This document shows, one piece after another, positions 37,300 to 46,411 of a stretch of 53,865 nt of DNA. Source of the stretch: a virus (Duplodnaviria; Caudoviricetes). Under the pieces are notes generated by a model. That model was not told where the DNA came from, made no database searches, and saw only the letters and a program-made list of their open reading frames with translations. The stretch lies in IMG/VR virus record IMGVR_UViG_3300032282_004842, positions 1 through 53,865 of that record, one strand, 5' to 3'. The stretch's first letter is position 1; every line of letters starts with the position of its first letter. Both the position numbers and the translations under genes were made by a program.

Positions 37300-39495
37300 A
37301 TGCCAACACCATTAGAAATTATTGCAATTCAACAAAGAGCTTTATTGTTGGCAGCAAATGGGTATAACTACCCAAATAATTACAATTCAACGAGTTCAAA
37401 TGCGTTATCTGACGGAGACGACAAGGGTAAAGGTGAATTAAATGGTAATGTTGGGACTAGAACTGATATTAATGAAAGAAATGTTTTATTATCTAAAAAT
37501 AACTATAATTCAACAAATAATTATAGTGCATCCAATTTAGATTCATTATCTGATGGCGACAATAAAGGTAAAGGTGAATTAAATGGTAATATTGGTTCGA
37601 AAACAGATATAACCGAAAGAAACACGTTAATTTCAAAAAATAATTACGGACCAACAAATGGTTATGGATTAACAAATAAAGATTCATTATCTGATGGTGA
37701 TGAGAAAGGTAGAGGAGAAAATACCAATGGACAAGTTGGTAATAAAACTGATATTAACGAAAGAAATGTTTTATTATCTAAAAACAATTACAATTCATTA
37801 AATGGTTATGGATTAACCAATAAAAATGCGTTATCTGACGGAGATGACAAGGGTAAAGGTGAATTAAATGGTAATGTTGGGACTATAACTGATATTAATG
37901 AAAGAGCAAAATTATTAGCGAAAAACGATTATAACTACACAAATAACTATAGTTCTATTAATAAAGATGCTATATCCGATGGTGACGAAAAAGGTAAAGG
38001 TGAATTAAATAACAATATCGGTTCAAAAACCGATATTAACGAAAGAAACACTTTATTATCTAAAAATAATTACGGACCAACAAACGGTTACGGATTAACA
38101 AACCCAAATGCATTATCTGACGGAGATGAAAAAGGTAGGGGAGAAAATGTAAATGGACAAATTGGAACTAGAGCTGATATTAATGAAAGAACAAAATTAT
38201 TAGCAAAAAACGATTATAATTCATTAAACGGATATGGGTTAACAAATAGGGATGCGATATCTGACGGAGATGAAAAAGGTAGGGGAGAAAATGTAAATGG
38301 ACAAATTGGTACCATAACAGATATTAATGAAAGAATAAAATTATTGGCGATTAATGATTATAACTACAATAACAACTATGGATTAACAAATGGAGATGCC
38401 ATATCTGATGGTGATGAGAAAGGTAGAGGAGAAAATGTAAATGGACAAATTGGAACCAATACTGATATTAATGAAAGAACAAAATTATTAGCGAAAAACG
38501 ATTATAACTACACAAATAACTACGGTTCAACCAATAAAGACGCAATATCCGATGGTGATGAAAAAGGTAGAGGAGAAAACTCATCAGGACAAATTGGTAC
38601 CAATATTGATATTAATGAAAGAAACACATTGTTGGCTATTAATGATTATAATTACACTAATAATTACGGTTATGGTAATCCAGATGCTTTATCTGATGGT
38701 GATGAGAAAGGTAGAGGAGAAAATAGTGCTTATCCACTTATTGGTACAAAAACTGATATTTTTGGTAATAGTGTAGGTCCCGGTAGAATAGGACTGCAAG
38801 CTATGAACATATACGATGATAACTTCAAGTATAATGTTAATAATCCAAATGCGGTATCTGATGGGGATGAAAAGGGTAGAGGAGAAAACGCTTCAGGACA
38901 AATTGGTACGAAGACCGATATCTTTGGTAACTCAATAGCACCTGGTAGGGTTGGTTTAAAAGCTATGAATATTTATTCTGACTTTTTCCAATATGATGTC
39001 AATAATCCTAATGCAATATCTGACGGAGATGAGAAAGGTAGAGGAGAAAACGCTTCAGGACAAATTGGTACGAATACCGATATATTTGGTAATTCAATAG
39101 CACCTGGTAGATTAGGTTTATTAGCTAAAAATATCTATGACAAAAGTTTTCAGTACAGCTCAATCAATCCAAACGCATTATCTGATGGTGATGAAAAAGG
39201 TAAGGGTGAGTTTGGTGGTAGCATTGGTTCTAAAACTGATATCTATGGTAATGCTGTGGGAGACCCGGGTAGGGTCGGTTTATTGGCCATTAATACTTAT
39301 AATAGTCTTTTCCAATACAACACAATCAATCCAAACGCATTATCTGATGGTGATGAAAAAGGTAGGGGTGATAATAGTGGATATCCTCTTATTGGTACAA
39401 AGACCGATATCTTTGGTAATTCTATAGGGCCAGGTAGAATTGACCTATTGGCAAAAAATAAATACACAACGATTAAATCATATCCAGATTTTTAA
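37300..39495 (+). CDS. Tandem-repeat protein with 14 SDGD(E/D/N)KG(R/K)G(E/D) units
   Basis: SDGD cores spaced 141-144 nt (first ten), then 162-165 nt. Confidence 0.85.
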   Translation: MPTPLEIIAIQQRALLLAANGYNYPNNYNSTSSNALSDGDDKGKGELNGNVGTRTDINERNVLLSKNNYNSTNNYSASNLDSLSDGDNKGKGELNGNIGSKTDITERNTLISKNNYGPTNGYGLTNKDSLSDGDEKGRGENTNGQVGNKTDINERNVLLSKNNYNSLNGYGLTNKNALSDGDDKGKGELNGNVGTITDINERAKLLAKNDYNYTNNYSSINKDAISDGDEKGKGELNNNIGSKTDINERNTLLSKNNYGPTNGYGLTNPNALSDGDEKGRGENVNGQIGTRADINERTKLLAKNDYNSLNGYGLTNRDAISDGDEKGRGENVNGQIGTITDINERIKLLAINDYNYNNNYGLTNGDAISDGDEKGRGENVNGQIGTNTDINERTKLLAKNDYNYTNNYGSTNKDAISDGDEKGRGENSSGQIGTNIDINERNTLLAINDYNYTNNYGYGNPDALSDGDEKGRGENSAYPLIGTKTDIFGNSVGPGRIGLQAMNIYDDNFKYNVNNPNAVSDGDEKGRGENASGQIGTKTDIFGNSIAPGRVGLKAMNIYSDFFQYDVNNPNAISDGDEKGRGENASGQIGTNTDIFGNSIAPGRLGLLAKNIYDKSFQYSSINPNALSDGDEKGKGEFGGSIGSKTDIYGNAVGDPGRVGLLAINTYNSLFQYNTINPNALSDGDEKGRGDNSGYPLIGTKTDIFGNSIGPGRIDLLAKNKYTTIKSYPDF

Positions 39496-40385
39496 TGATA
39501 AACTTAAATAATATATTGTCTCGAATTTTATTAGAAGCGCCGAATGGTAGTATCAATAAGAGATTAAAGGATGCAATTATAAACCGAAATCCTGTTTCGT
39601 TTTATTACAATGGACCTAAAGGTGAGGTTTTACCGGGAAGAAGAGTTAGAGCCGAATTGGTTGCCATGGGATTAACAAAAAAAGGTAATTTGGTTGTTAG
39701 AGGTTGGGTTCAACCACCTTCCACATCCAAAAAAGGTTTCGATAGTAGTAAACAAAATACGGCCGAATACGGTTGGAGATTGTTTATCATATCGAGAATG
39801 TCAGGTATCAACATTTATGAAGATGAAACTTTTAACCAAAAAAGACCTGGTTATAATGAAAACGGAGATAAAAGTTTAACAAGTATTGAAGTAAAAAGTA
39901 ATTGGGGAACATTACCAACACCCCAAAAAGAAATACCGAAACCGACTGTTACACCTACTTCTGAACCTGAAAAATCAAAAACCGAATTACCTCAACCTAA
40001 ACCAAAAGAAAAACCTTCACCATTACCTCAACCCGAAGTTAAAAGGGACATTGAAGTTTACAATGATTTAAAAAATAAAATAACCAACATAAACAACAAT
40101 AAAGAAATATCACCTGAAAATGTTAAAATAGGTATTGATACGCTTTACAAGAAAAAATTAGATGATTGGGTTAAATCACAGTCTGAAGTTGGTGGTAATA
40201 CAAAACCGGGAGAAGGAACTAGAAGAAAATTAGAAAAAGATTCAGAAACCGAATTGTTTAGATTATTAAAGAATGATAATGTAAAGGTTGGTAATACCGA
40301 ACCACAACCGGAAACCGACATTGATAATAACGAAACCCCATTAATGGAATCAATAAAAAGAATAAAGACTTTAATTTTCTTTTAA
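39495..40385 (+). CDS. Stand-alone WYL-domain protein with Pro-rich linker
   Basis: LKDAIINRNPVSFYY.G...R...E..AMG....GNLVVRGW......GWRLFIISRM matches the WYL fold pattern; no HTH evident. Confidence 0.7.
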   Translation: MINLNNILSRILLEAPNGSINKRLKDAIINRNPVSFYYNGPKGEVLPGRRVRAELVAMGLTKKGNLVVRGWVQPPSTSKKGFDSSKQNTAEYGWRLFIISRMSGINIYEDETFNQKRPGYNENGDKSLTSIEVKSNWGTLPTPQKEIPKPTVTPTSEPEKSKTELPQPKPKEKPSPLPQPEVKRDIEVYNDLKNKITNINNNKEISPENVKIGIDTLYKKKLDDWVKSQSEVGGNTKPGEGTRRKLEKDSETELFRLLKNDNVKVGNTEPQPETDIDNNETPLMESIKRIKTLIFF

Positions 40386-40415
40386 AAATACTTATTATAT
40401 AATAAAAAAAATATT

Positions 40416-40994
40416 ATGGAAACAGGACAAGGTGTAATATCACAAAATGATTTAATGATGAAATTGGTACAGGCCAAGAAAGTCATGAATAAAGTTGAAA
40501 CGGGTAGTTTTGAAAGAGGAAATGTAGATGAATCAGTATTAAGAACTGACCCGGAAGAATTATCGGCACAATATAGTCAACAACCACAAGTTAGACAACC
40601 ACAACAAACCAATGTTAATAGAATAATGGAGTCTAAATTACCTGACGCAATTAAAAAAGCAATGATTGAAAATCCAATTCCACAAATTAGTTTAACGGAT
40701 TCATTAGATATAAATTTCGTTGAGAAGACAAAAAGATTAATGGAGAGCGAAGGTGTATCAACAAAAAAAACCGCAAATAGGCAACAATCATCTAATAATT
40801 CAACATCTAATAATAGTGACTTAGTTCCAATTATTGAGAATATTGTAAGAAAAACTGTTACAGAAATACTCGATGCTAAGTTAAATCAAATACTCACAGC
40901 CCAACAAACATTATCAATTAATGAAAATTTAGTGTTAAAAGTTGGAGATTCAATATTTAAAGGTAAAATTACTGGAGTAAATAAATCCAAGTAA
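40416..40994 (+). CDS. Hypothetical protein
   Basis: 192-aa ORF; SKLPDAIKKAMIENPI; C-terminal VGDSIFKGKI. Confidence 0.65.
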   Translation: METGQGVISQNDLMMKLVQAKKVMNKVETGSFERGNVDESVLRTDPEELSAQYSQQPQVRQPQQTNVNRIMESKLPDAIKKAMIENPIPQISLTDSLDINFVEKTKRLMESEGVSTKKTANRQQSSNNSTSNNSDLVPIIENIVRKTVTEILDAKLNQILTAQQTLSINENLVLKVGDSIFKGKITGVNKSK

Positions 40995-41044
40995 AGTTTG
41001 ATTATTCATTTTTTTTTCTTATTATTTAGACATACAAATATAAC

Positions 41045-42265
41045 TTGATGTCAAAAATTAAAATATTAGCAATTCCTCCCGATACCTATGGTGTTGGGAA
41101 GTACAGAATCTTAGACCCTTTTAAATATATTGGGGATAATTACTCGGATGAATTCCATGTAGATATAATTACAAATGTTGAACAAAACGATGAGTTCTTT
41201 AAAAACTACGATATTGTGGTTTTTCACAGTTTTATTCATCAATCCAGTCACGAAGATAATATCGAAAGAATCAAAAAACTAAAATCTCAAGGGATTAAGG
41301 TTATTATGGATATTGACGATTATTGGTCTGCAGACCAAAGACACCCACTTTATCACCAAATCAAAGCAAATGAACTACCTCGTAAAAAGGTTGAGTTGAT
41401 GAAAGCTTCTGATTATGTTACATGTACTACTGAATATTTTGCCAATACAATTAGAACAAAGGTTGGTGTTAAGAATGTTCTTGTTTTCCCAAATGCAGTT
41501 AATCCAAATGAATCACAATTTCAACCAAAACCAACTAAGTCAGACAAAATAAGATTTGGATGGTTAGGTGGTTCAACCCATTTACATGATATTGAACTAC
41601 TAAAAAGTGGTATTTCAGTAACAAACTCAAATTATGACAATGTACAATTTGTGTTGTGTGGATTTGATTTAAGAGGTAATGTTACGGAAATTAACCAGGA
41701 AACCAACGAAAGAAGAGTTAGACCGATTAAACCAATGGAAACTGTTTGGTACAAATATGAACAAATATTTACCGACAATTATAAATCAGTAGATGATTTA
41801 TATAGATTAAATTTACATAACTTTATAGAATCAAATTTCGACGCATCGAATAAAAAATATGTGAGAGTATGGACACAACCTGTTGGAAAATATGCGTCAA
41901 ATTATAATTTATTTGACGTATCTTTGGCACCGTTACATCCAAGTGAGTTTAATGGAAATAAATCACAATTAAAAGTAATCGAAGCTGGTTTCCACAAAAA
42001 ACCAATCATTGCAAGTGAAACATTACCATACACAATAGATTTAACTTCGGCATATAATGAGGGTAAGTTTAATGATAAAGGTAACGCACTATTGGTGTCA
42101 CCAAATAAAAACCACAAACAATGGGCACAACATATGAAAAGACTAATTGAGAATCCAAATATGATTGAGGACCTTGGTAATCGTTTATACGAAACAGTAA
42201 AAGACAAATATTCATTAGTAACAGTATCAGAAAACAGAACACAATTTTTCAAATCAATAATTTAA
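41045..42265 (+). CDS. Glycosyltransferase, GT-B fold (GT4-like)
   Basis: GVGKYRI..P, MDIDDYW, VFPNAV, FGWLGGSTH..D, DVSLAPL..FN..KSQLKVIEAG....IIAS. Confidence 0.85.
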   Translation: MMSKIKILAIPPDTYGVGKYRILDPFKYIGDNYSDEFHVDIITNVEQNDEFFKNYDIVVFHSFIHQSSHEDNIERIKKLKSQGIKVIMDIDDYWSADQRHPLYHQIKANELPRKKVELMKASDYVTCTTEYFANTIRTKVGVKNVLVFPNAVNPNESQFQPKPTKSDKIRFGWLGGSTHLHDIELLKSGISVTNSNYDNVQFVLCGFDLRGNVTEINQETNERRVRPIKPMETVWYKYEQIFTDNYKSVDDLYRLNLHNFIESNFDASNKKYVRVWTQPVGKYASNYNLFDVSLAPLHPSEFNGNKSQLKVIEAGFHKKPIIASETLPYTIDLTSAYNEGKFNDKGNALLVSPNKNHKQWAQHMKRLIENPNMIEDLGNRLYETVKDKYSLVTVSENRTQFFKSII

Positions 42266-42282
42266 AAAAAAAATAAAAATTT

Positions 42283-42516
42283 ATGCATTATTTAGTAACA
42301 GTAGGTTATGAAACCGAACAATTAGACAGAAACGGTAATCCAAGATTACAAAAAGTTAAGTACATCGTTGAAGCCGAAACCGTAGAGGAGGCAACAATAA
42401 TTACATCAAAATACCGAGCAGGTGACATGAGAGGTAGTGAAAGTTTATCAATTGCAAAGATGCCAATTGAATGTATTATTGACCCTAAAAACACACCTGA
42501 ATACTTTAAATCTTAA
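42283..42516 (+). CDS. Small DUF4494-like protein
   Basis: V.YE....G....VKYIVEAETVEEA pattern. Confidence 0.5.
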   Translation: MHYLVTVGYETEQLDRNGNPRLQKVKYIVEAETVEEATIITSKYRAGDMRGSESLSIAKMPIECIIDPKNTPEYFKS

Positions 42517-42521
42517 TAACT

Positions 42522-43094
42522 ATGATATCCGCAGAACAATTAGAATCTAACAAGAAAAAGTTTTTAGAAACAAATTCTAAGTATAAAATTTTTACAAAGG
42601 AACTTGAAAATTTTTTAGGAGACAATTTTTATACCGCACCGGCAACCACAACAATTGATATGTATGGTTGTTATCCGGGAGGTTTATTAAACACATCATT
42701 GAAAGCTTGCAAATATGCAATCAAAATAAATGAGTTATTACCTGAAAATATGAGACAAGAAACCTCAACAATCCTTAAATGTATTTTTTTGTCCCAAATA
42801 GGTAAGGTATTTCTTTTTTGCCCAAATCAAAATGAATGGCAGAGAAAAACATTAGGAAAAATGTATGAGTTCTGTAATGGTTTAGTGTCACTAAGGGTAG
42901 GTGAAAGGTCGGCTCACTATGCAACTAAGTATGGTGTGGAACTTAATGAAGAGGAGTTTCAAACAATTTTAAACACAGATAAAGAATCTGATGATAAAAT
43001 GGTAAAATATCACTCTTCAAATTTATCAAACATAATAAAACTCGGATTCGAGTTATCAATTTTAGAAGAAAAAAATGGACAAAAACGAAATTAA
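42522..43094 (+). CDS. HD-domain-like (YhaM-type) protein with degenerate metal-binding motif
   Basis: APA......YPGGLL.TSL and FLSQIGK in place of LLHDIGK. Confidence 0.6.
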   Translation: MISAEQLESNKKKFLETNSKYKIFTKELENFLGDNFYTAPATTTIDMYGCYPGGLLNTSLKACKYAIKINELLPENMRQETSTILKCIFLSQIGKVFLFCPNQNEWQRKTLGKMYEFCNGLVSLRVGERSAHYATKYGVELNEEEFQTILNTDKESDDKMVKYHSSNLSNIIKLGFELSILEEKNGQKRN

Positions 43095-43674
43095 AGACTA
43101 CATTGAAAAACTAAAAGAATTTGAAAAAGGATTTTCTGAATCAGATTCAGAAGAAGGAATCGATTTAAAAATGTTTAGTGAATTAGATAACCTTTTATCA
43201 ATATTAGGAGGTGAAGTGGAGAAAGAAGTTAACAAAATCAGTAATCAAATTGATGTAAGAATTAAAAAATTACATACTGATGCAGTTATTCCAACTTATT
43301 CAAAAGACGGTGACGCTGGTATGGACTTAACAATTACTGAAGTAATATCCAACACAACATTCGATGTCACATATGGATTTGGTATTGCTATGGAAATCCC
43401 AATGGGTTATGTTGGGTTAGTATTCCCTCGTTCATCTGTACGTAATATGGATTTAAATTTATCAAATTGTGTTGGGGTAATCGATAGTGGATATCGAGGT
43501 GAAATACAAGCAACATTCAAAAAAACACAAGGTTTAGATTCAATAAAATATAAAGTTGGTGAAAGAGGTGCTCAAATAATCATCATGCCGTATCCCAAAA
43601 TAAAGTTTGTTGAAGTTAATGAATTATCATCAACAGATAGAGGGGATGGGGGATTTGGTAGTACTGGAAAATAA
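43075..43674 (+). CDS. dut: dUTPase (trimeric)
   Basis: AGMDL, PRSS, GVIDSGYRGEI, AQIII, RGDGGFGSTG. Confidence 0.95.
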   Translation: MDKNEIKDYIEKLKEFEKGFSESDSEEGIDLKMFSELDNLLSILGGEVEKEVNKISNQIDVRIKKLHTDAVIPTYSKDGDAGMDLTITEVISNTTFDVTYGFGIAMEIPMGYVGLVFPRSSVRNMDLNLSNCVGVIDSGYRGEIQATFKKTQGLDSIKYKVGERGAQIIIMPYPKIKFVEVNELSSTDRGDGGFGSTGK

Positions 43675-43724
43675 AAAATTATAATAACTAAAAGGAAACC
43701 AACAATAAAACAAGAAAAAAAATA

Positions 43725-44459
43725 ATGGAACAAAAATCATCGAGACCTAAAAATAAAAAAAATGTTGTAACTCCTTTAGTGGATAGAAAGACAACTAAAA
43801 AGGAAAGAATTAGAGAAATCATTAAACAACCTAAAGAAAAATTCCTAACAAAAAATCAAGAAGAATATTGGAAAATATTAGGTGAAAATGAAATCACTCT
43901 TTGTTTTGGTCCAGCTGGTGTTGGTAAATCATATATCGCAATGAAGAAAGCGGTAGATTTATTGTGGGATGATACGAATAAATATGAAAAAATAATCATT
44001 GTTAGACCCGCGGTTGAGGCTGAGGAAAAATTAGGTTCTTTACCTGGTGGTATCGAAGAAAAATTAGACCCATATATCTACCCTTCATACTACCTTTTAA
44101 ATAAAATAATTGGTAAGGAAGCGAGAGAAAAATTAAAAGAAGAAGAATTTATTGAAATTGCAGCTTTGGCTTATATGAGAGGATGGAATGTCGATAACAC
44201 TATTCTTGTGTTTGAAGAAGCTCAAAATACAACTCCATCACAAATGAAATTATTATTAACGAGAATCGGGTTTAGTTCTAAATTTTTCATATCGGGAGAT
44301 TTGGAACAATCTGATAAATTTAAAGACAAAACAAAAACAGGTCTTTATGACGCAAAAATGAAACTTCAGGATTTACGTAATGTTGGGGTATTTGAATTTG
44401 ATAATAAAGATATTGTAAGAAACCCAATTATTGGTGAAATTCTAAAGAGATACGATTAA
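43725..44459 (+). CDS. phoH: PhoH-family ATPase
   Basis: GPAGVGKS, RPAVE..EKLG.LPG, YMRG, EEAQN, LLTRIG, GDLEQSD, DIVRNP. Confidence 0.95.
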   Translation: MEQKSSRPKNKKNVVTPLVDRKTTKKERIREIIKQPKEKFLTKNQEEYWKILGENEITLCFGPAGVGKSYIAMKKAVDLLWDDTNKYEKIIIVRPAVEAEEKLGSLPGGIEEKLDPYIYPSYYLLNKIIGKEAREKLKEEEFIEIAALAYMRGWNVDNTILVFEEAQNTTPSQMKLLLTRIGFSSKFFISGDLEQSDKFKDKTKTGLYDAKMKLQDLRNVGVFEFDNKDIVRNPIIGEILKRYD

Positions 44460-44497
44460 GTATTTACTTACAATATTTTTAGGATTATATTTCTTTT

Positions 44498-45103
44498 ATG
44501 GAAATATTCGTAAACATTGATGGTGTACTTAGAAATACACTACAAAAATTTGATTATCACTATAAGGATTACTTTTTAAATACTGACCCCGACTCTGAAG
44601 AAACTTTTGAGTATGGGATAAACGGAATCTCTACGATTGAGAATATTATGGATACATATAAATTCCAATCTATGGACGAATACCTTAAATTTTTATATTT
44701 TGATTTTCCAATAGAGATTTTTGGTCACGCCGGTTTAAGTTATAATCAAGCCGTAACAGATTTTAATACTTTAGTTTTTGAAAATAAAGATATTAATTTC
44801 ACTCTAATTGGTTTAAATGAAAAGGGTAAAGCTAAGCCTTCAACTCTTTTTTTCTTATCTAGAAATGGTGTCATCTGTGATACTATCAAATTCTCATCAC
44901 CAGAAAATATTGATGAATTATGGTCAAAATGTGACCTATGGATTACTGATGATAAAAGAGTTGTTGAATCGTGCCCAATAGATAAATCAGTTATTAAATT
45001 TAATACCTTTTACAATAATCACTTTACAAATACCTTAGAAATAAATAAATTATCAGAAATAGAAAAAACATGGTTGAATTGTTCGGAAAAAGTTACTACA
45101 TAG
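44498..45103 (+). CDS. HAD-like 5'(3')-deoxyribonucleotidase homolog, nucleophile Asp apparently replaced by Asn
   Basis: IFVNIDGVLRN (DxDGV motif), DLWITDD, FNTFYN. Confidence 0.6.
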   Translation: MEIFVNIDGVLRNTLQKFDYHYKDYFLNTDPDSEETFEYGINGISTIENIMDTYKFQSMDEYLKFLYFDFPIEIFGHAGLSYNQAVTDFNTLVFENKDINFTLIGLNEKGKAKPSTLFFLSRNGVICDTIKFSSPENIDELWSKCDLWITDDKRVVESCPIDKSVIKFNTFYNNHFTNTLEINKLSEIEKTWLNCSEKVTT

Positions 45104-45351
45104 ATATCGACGGGATTACCAAAAAATGTCAGACGGGTGATACCCTTGAAAATGAAGATGGCACTGAAAGTTTAGAAATAAACATTTTTAAATATGAAAT
45201 AATAAAAGTTTGTTTAGAAAGGGTACTAAATGAATATGAAGAAGTTGATGAGGAATTAGGTCAATTAGCGGAAGAAGGTCTCTCAATATCTTTTAAAATA
45301 GCATTCAATACACTAATAAAATATGAAATATTAATCGAAGATGATGAATAA
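45070..45351 (+). CDS. Hypothetical acidic protein
   Basis: 93-aa ORF overlapping both neighbours. Confidence 0.65.
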   Translation: MVELFGKSYYIDIDGITKKCQTGDTLENEDGTESLEINIFKYEIIKVCLERVLNEYEEVDEELGQLAEEGLSISFKIAFNTLIKYEILIEDDE

Positions 45352-46411
45352 AAACAATGAAAACGTAGAAAAACTAGAACTAGCATTAAGTAAATTGAAC
45401 TCAAATGAGAATGTGATTTACTTTTTGGTATATGATACTCGTAACAATGCTAGAGCTTCTGTTAAACATATCTATGATATGGCTTTAACATTAAAAGAAT
45501 CCGGATTCCAAACCAAATTATTGGTGGAAGATAAAACATACGGAGGTGTCTCAGGTTGGTTAGGTGAGAAATATGACTCATTAGAAGTTGTAACCATTAA
45601 AGACGATAGAGTTGAGATAAAAATTGAAGACATTATCGTAGTACCTGAATACTATTCAAACGTACTTGAAAATCTAGCAAATATTAGATGTGTAAAAGTA
45701 ATGTTGGTACAACAAAAAGAATATATCTTTGAAACTCTACCTATTGGTAGTAGATGGTCAGATTTTGGTTTTGATAGAGTAATAACAACAACAGAAGAAT
45801 CTAAAAAATATATTAACGGATTATTCAATGAAACATTGGTACATATAATCCCACCAATGATTGGTGAACAATTCTCACCATCTGAAAAATCACAAAAACC
45901 AATTGTCGCTATTTCATGTAAAGATAGGTCAATAAATAAAAAAATTATTTCCGAATTCTACATTAGAAACCCACATTTAAGATGGATTACATTTAGAGAT
46001 ATGGTTCAAATGTCATATGATGAGTTTGCGACAAACCTAAAAGAATGTATGGTATCTATTTGGGTTGACGATGACTCAACATTTGGAACATTCCCATTAG
46101 AATCAATTAAGTGTGGTGTTCCTGTTATTGGTAAAATTCCAAAGAATGAACCAGATTGGTTAACTGAAAATGGAATGTGGACATATGACGAATCAAAAAT
46201 AGTTGAAATACTTGGAACATATGTTTTAGCTTGGTTGGACGGTGTTGAGTTAACTGACGAGGTTAAACAAAAAATGAAAGATACTCTATTACCTTATGAT
46301 AGTGAAATCACCAAAACTAACATAGTGAATATCTTTAATTCATTTAAAAATAAACGTATTGAAGCAATTGAAAAAGCTTTAGAAAAAGTTAAACAAGAAG
46401 AACAAATATAA
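45341..46411 (+). CDS. Glycosyltransferase-like protein, GT-B fold
   Basis: VKHIYDMA..L...G, DIIVVPE, STFGTFPLESIKCGVPVIG. Confidence 0.7.
   Translation: MMNKNNENVEKLELALSKLNSNENVIYFLVYDTRNNARASVKHIYDMALTLKESGFQTKLLVEDKTYGGVSGWLGEKYDSLEVVTIKDDRVEIKIEDIIVVPEYYSNVLENLANIRCVKVMLVQQKEYIFETLPIGSRWSDFGFDRVITTTEESKKYINGLFNETLVHIIPPMIGEQFSPSEKSQKPIVAISCKDRSINKKIISEFYIRNPHLRWITFRDMVQMSYDEFATNLKECMVSIWVDDDSTFGTFPLESIKCGVPVIGKIPKNEPDWLTENGMWTYDESKIVEILGTYVLAWLDGVELTDEVKQKMKDTLLPYDSEITKTNIVNIFNSFKNKRIEAIEKALEKVKQEEQI

Noticed and set aside
37400-39440. Regularly spaced DNA repeats resembling a CRISPR array
   Set aside because: Period is a multiple of 3 within one ORF, variation is largely synonymous, the intervening parts are homologous to each other, and no cas genes are present
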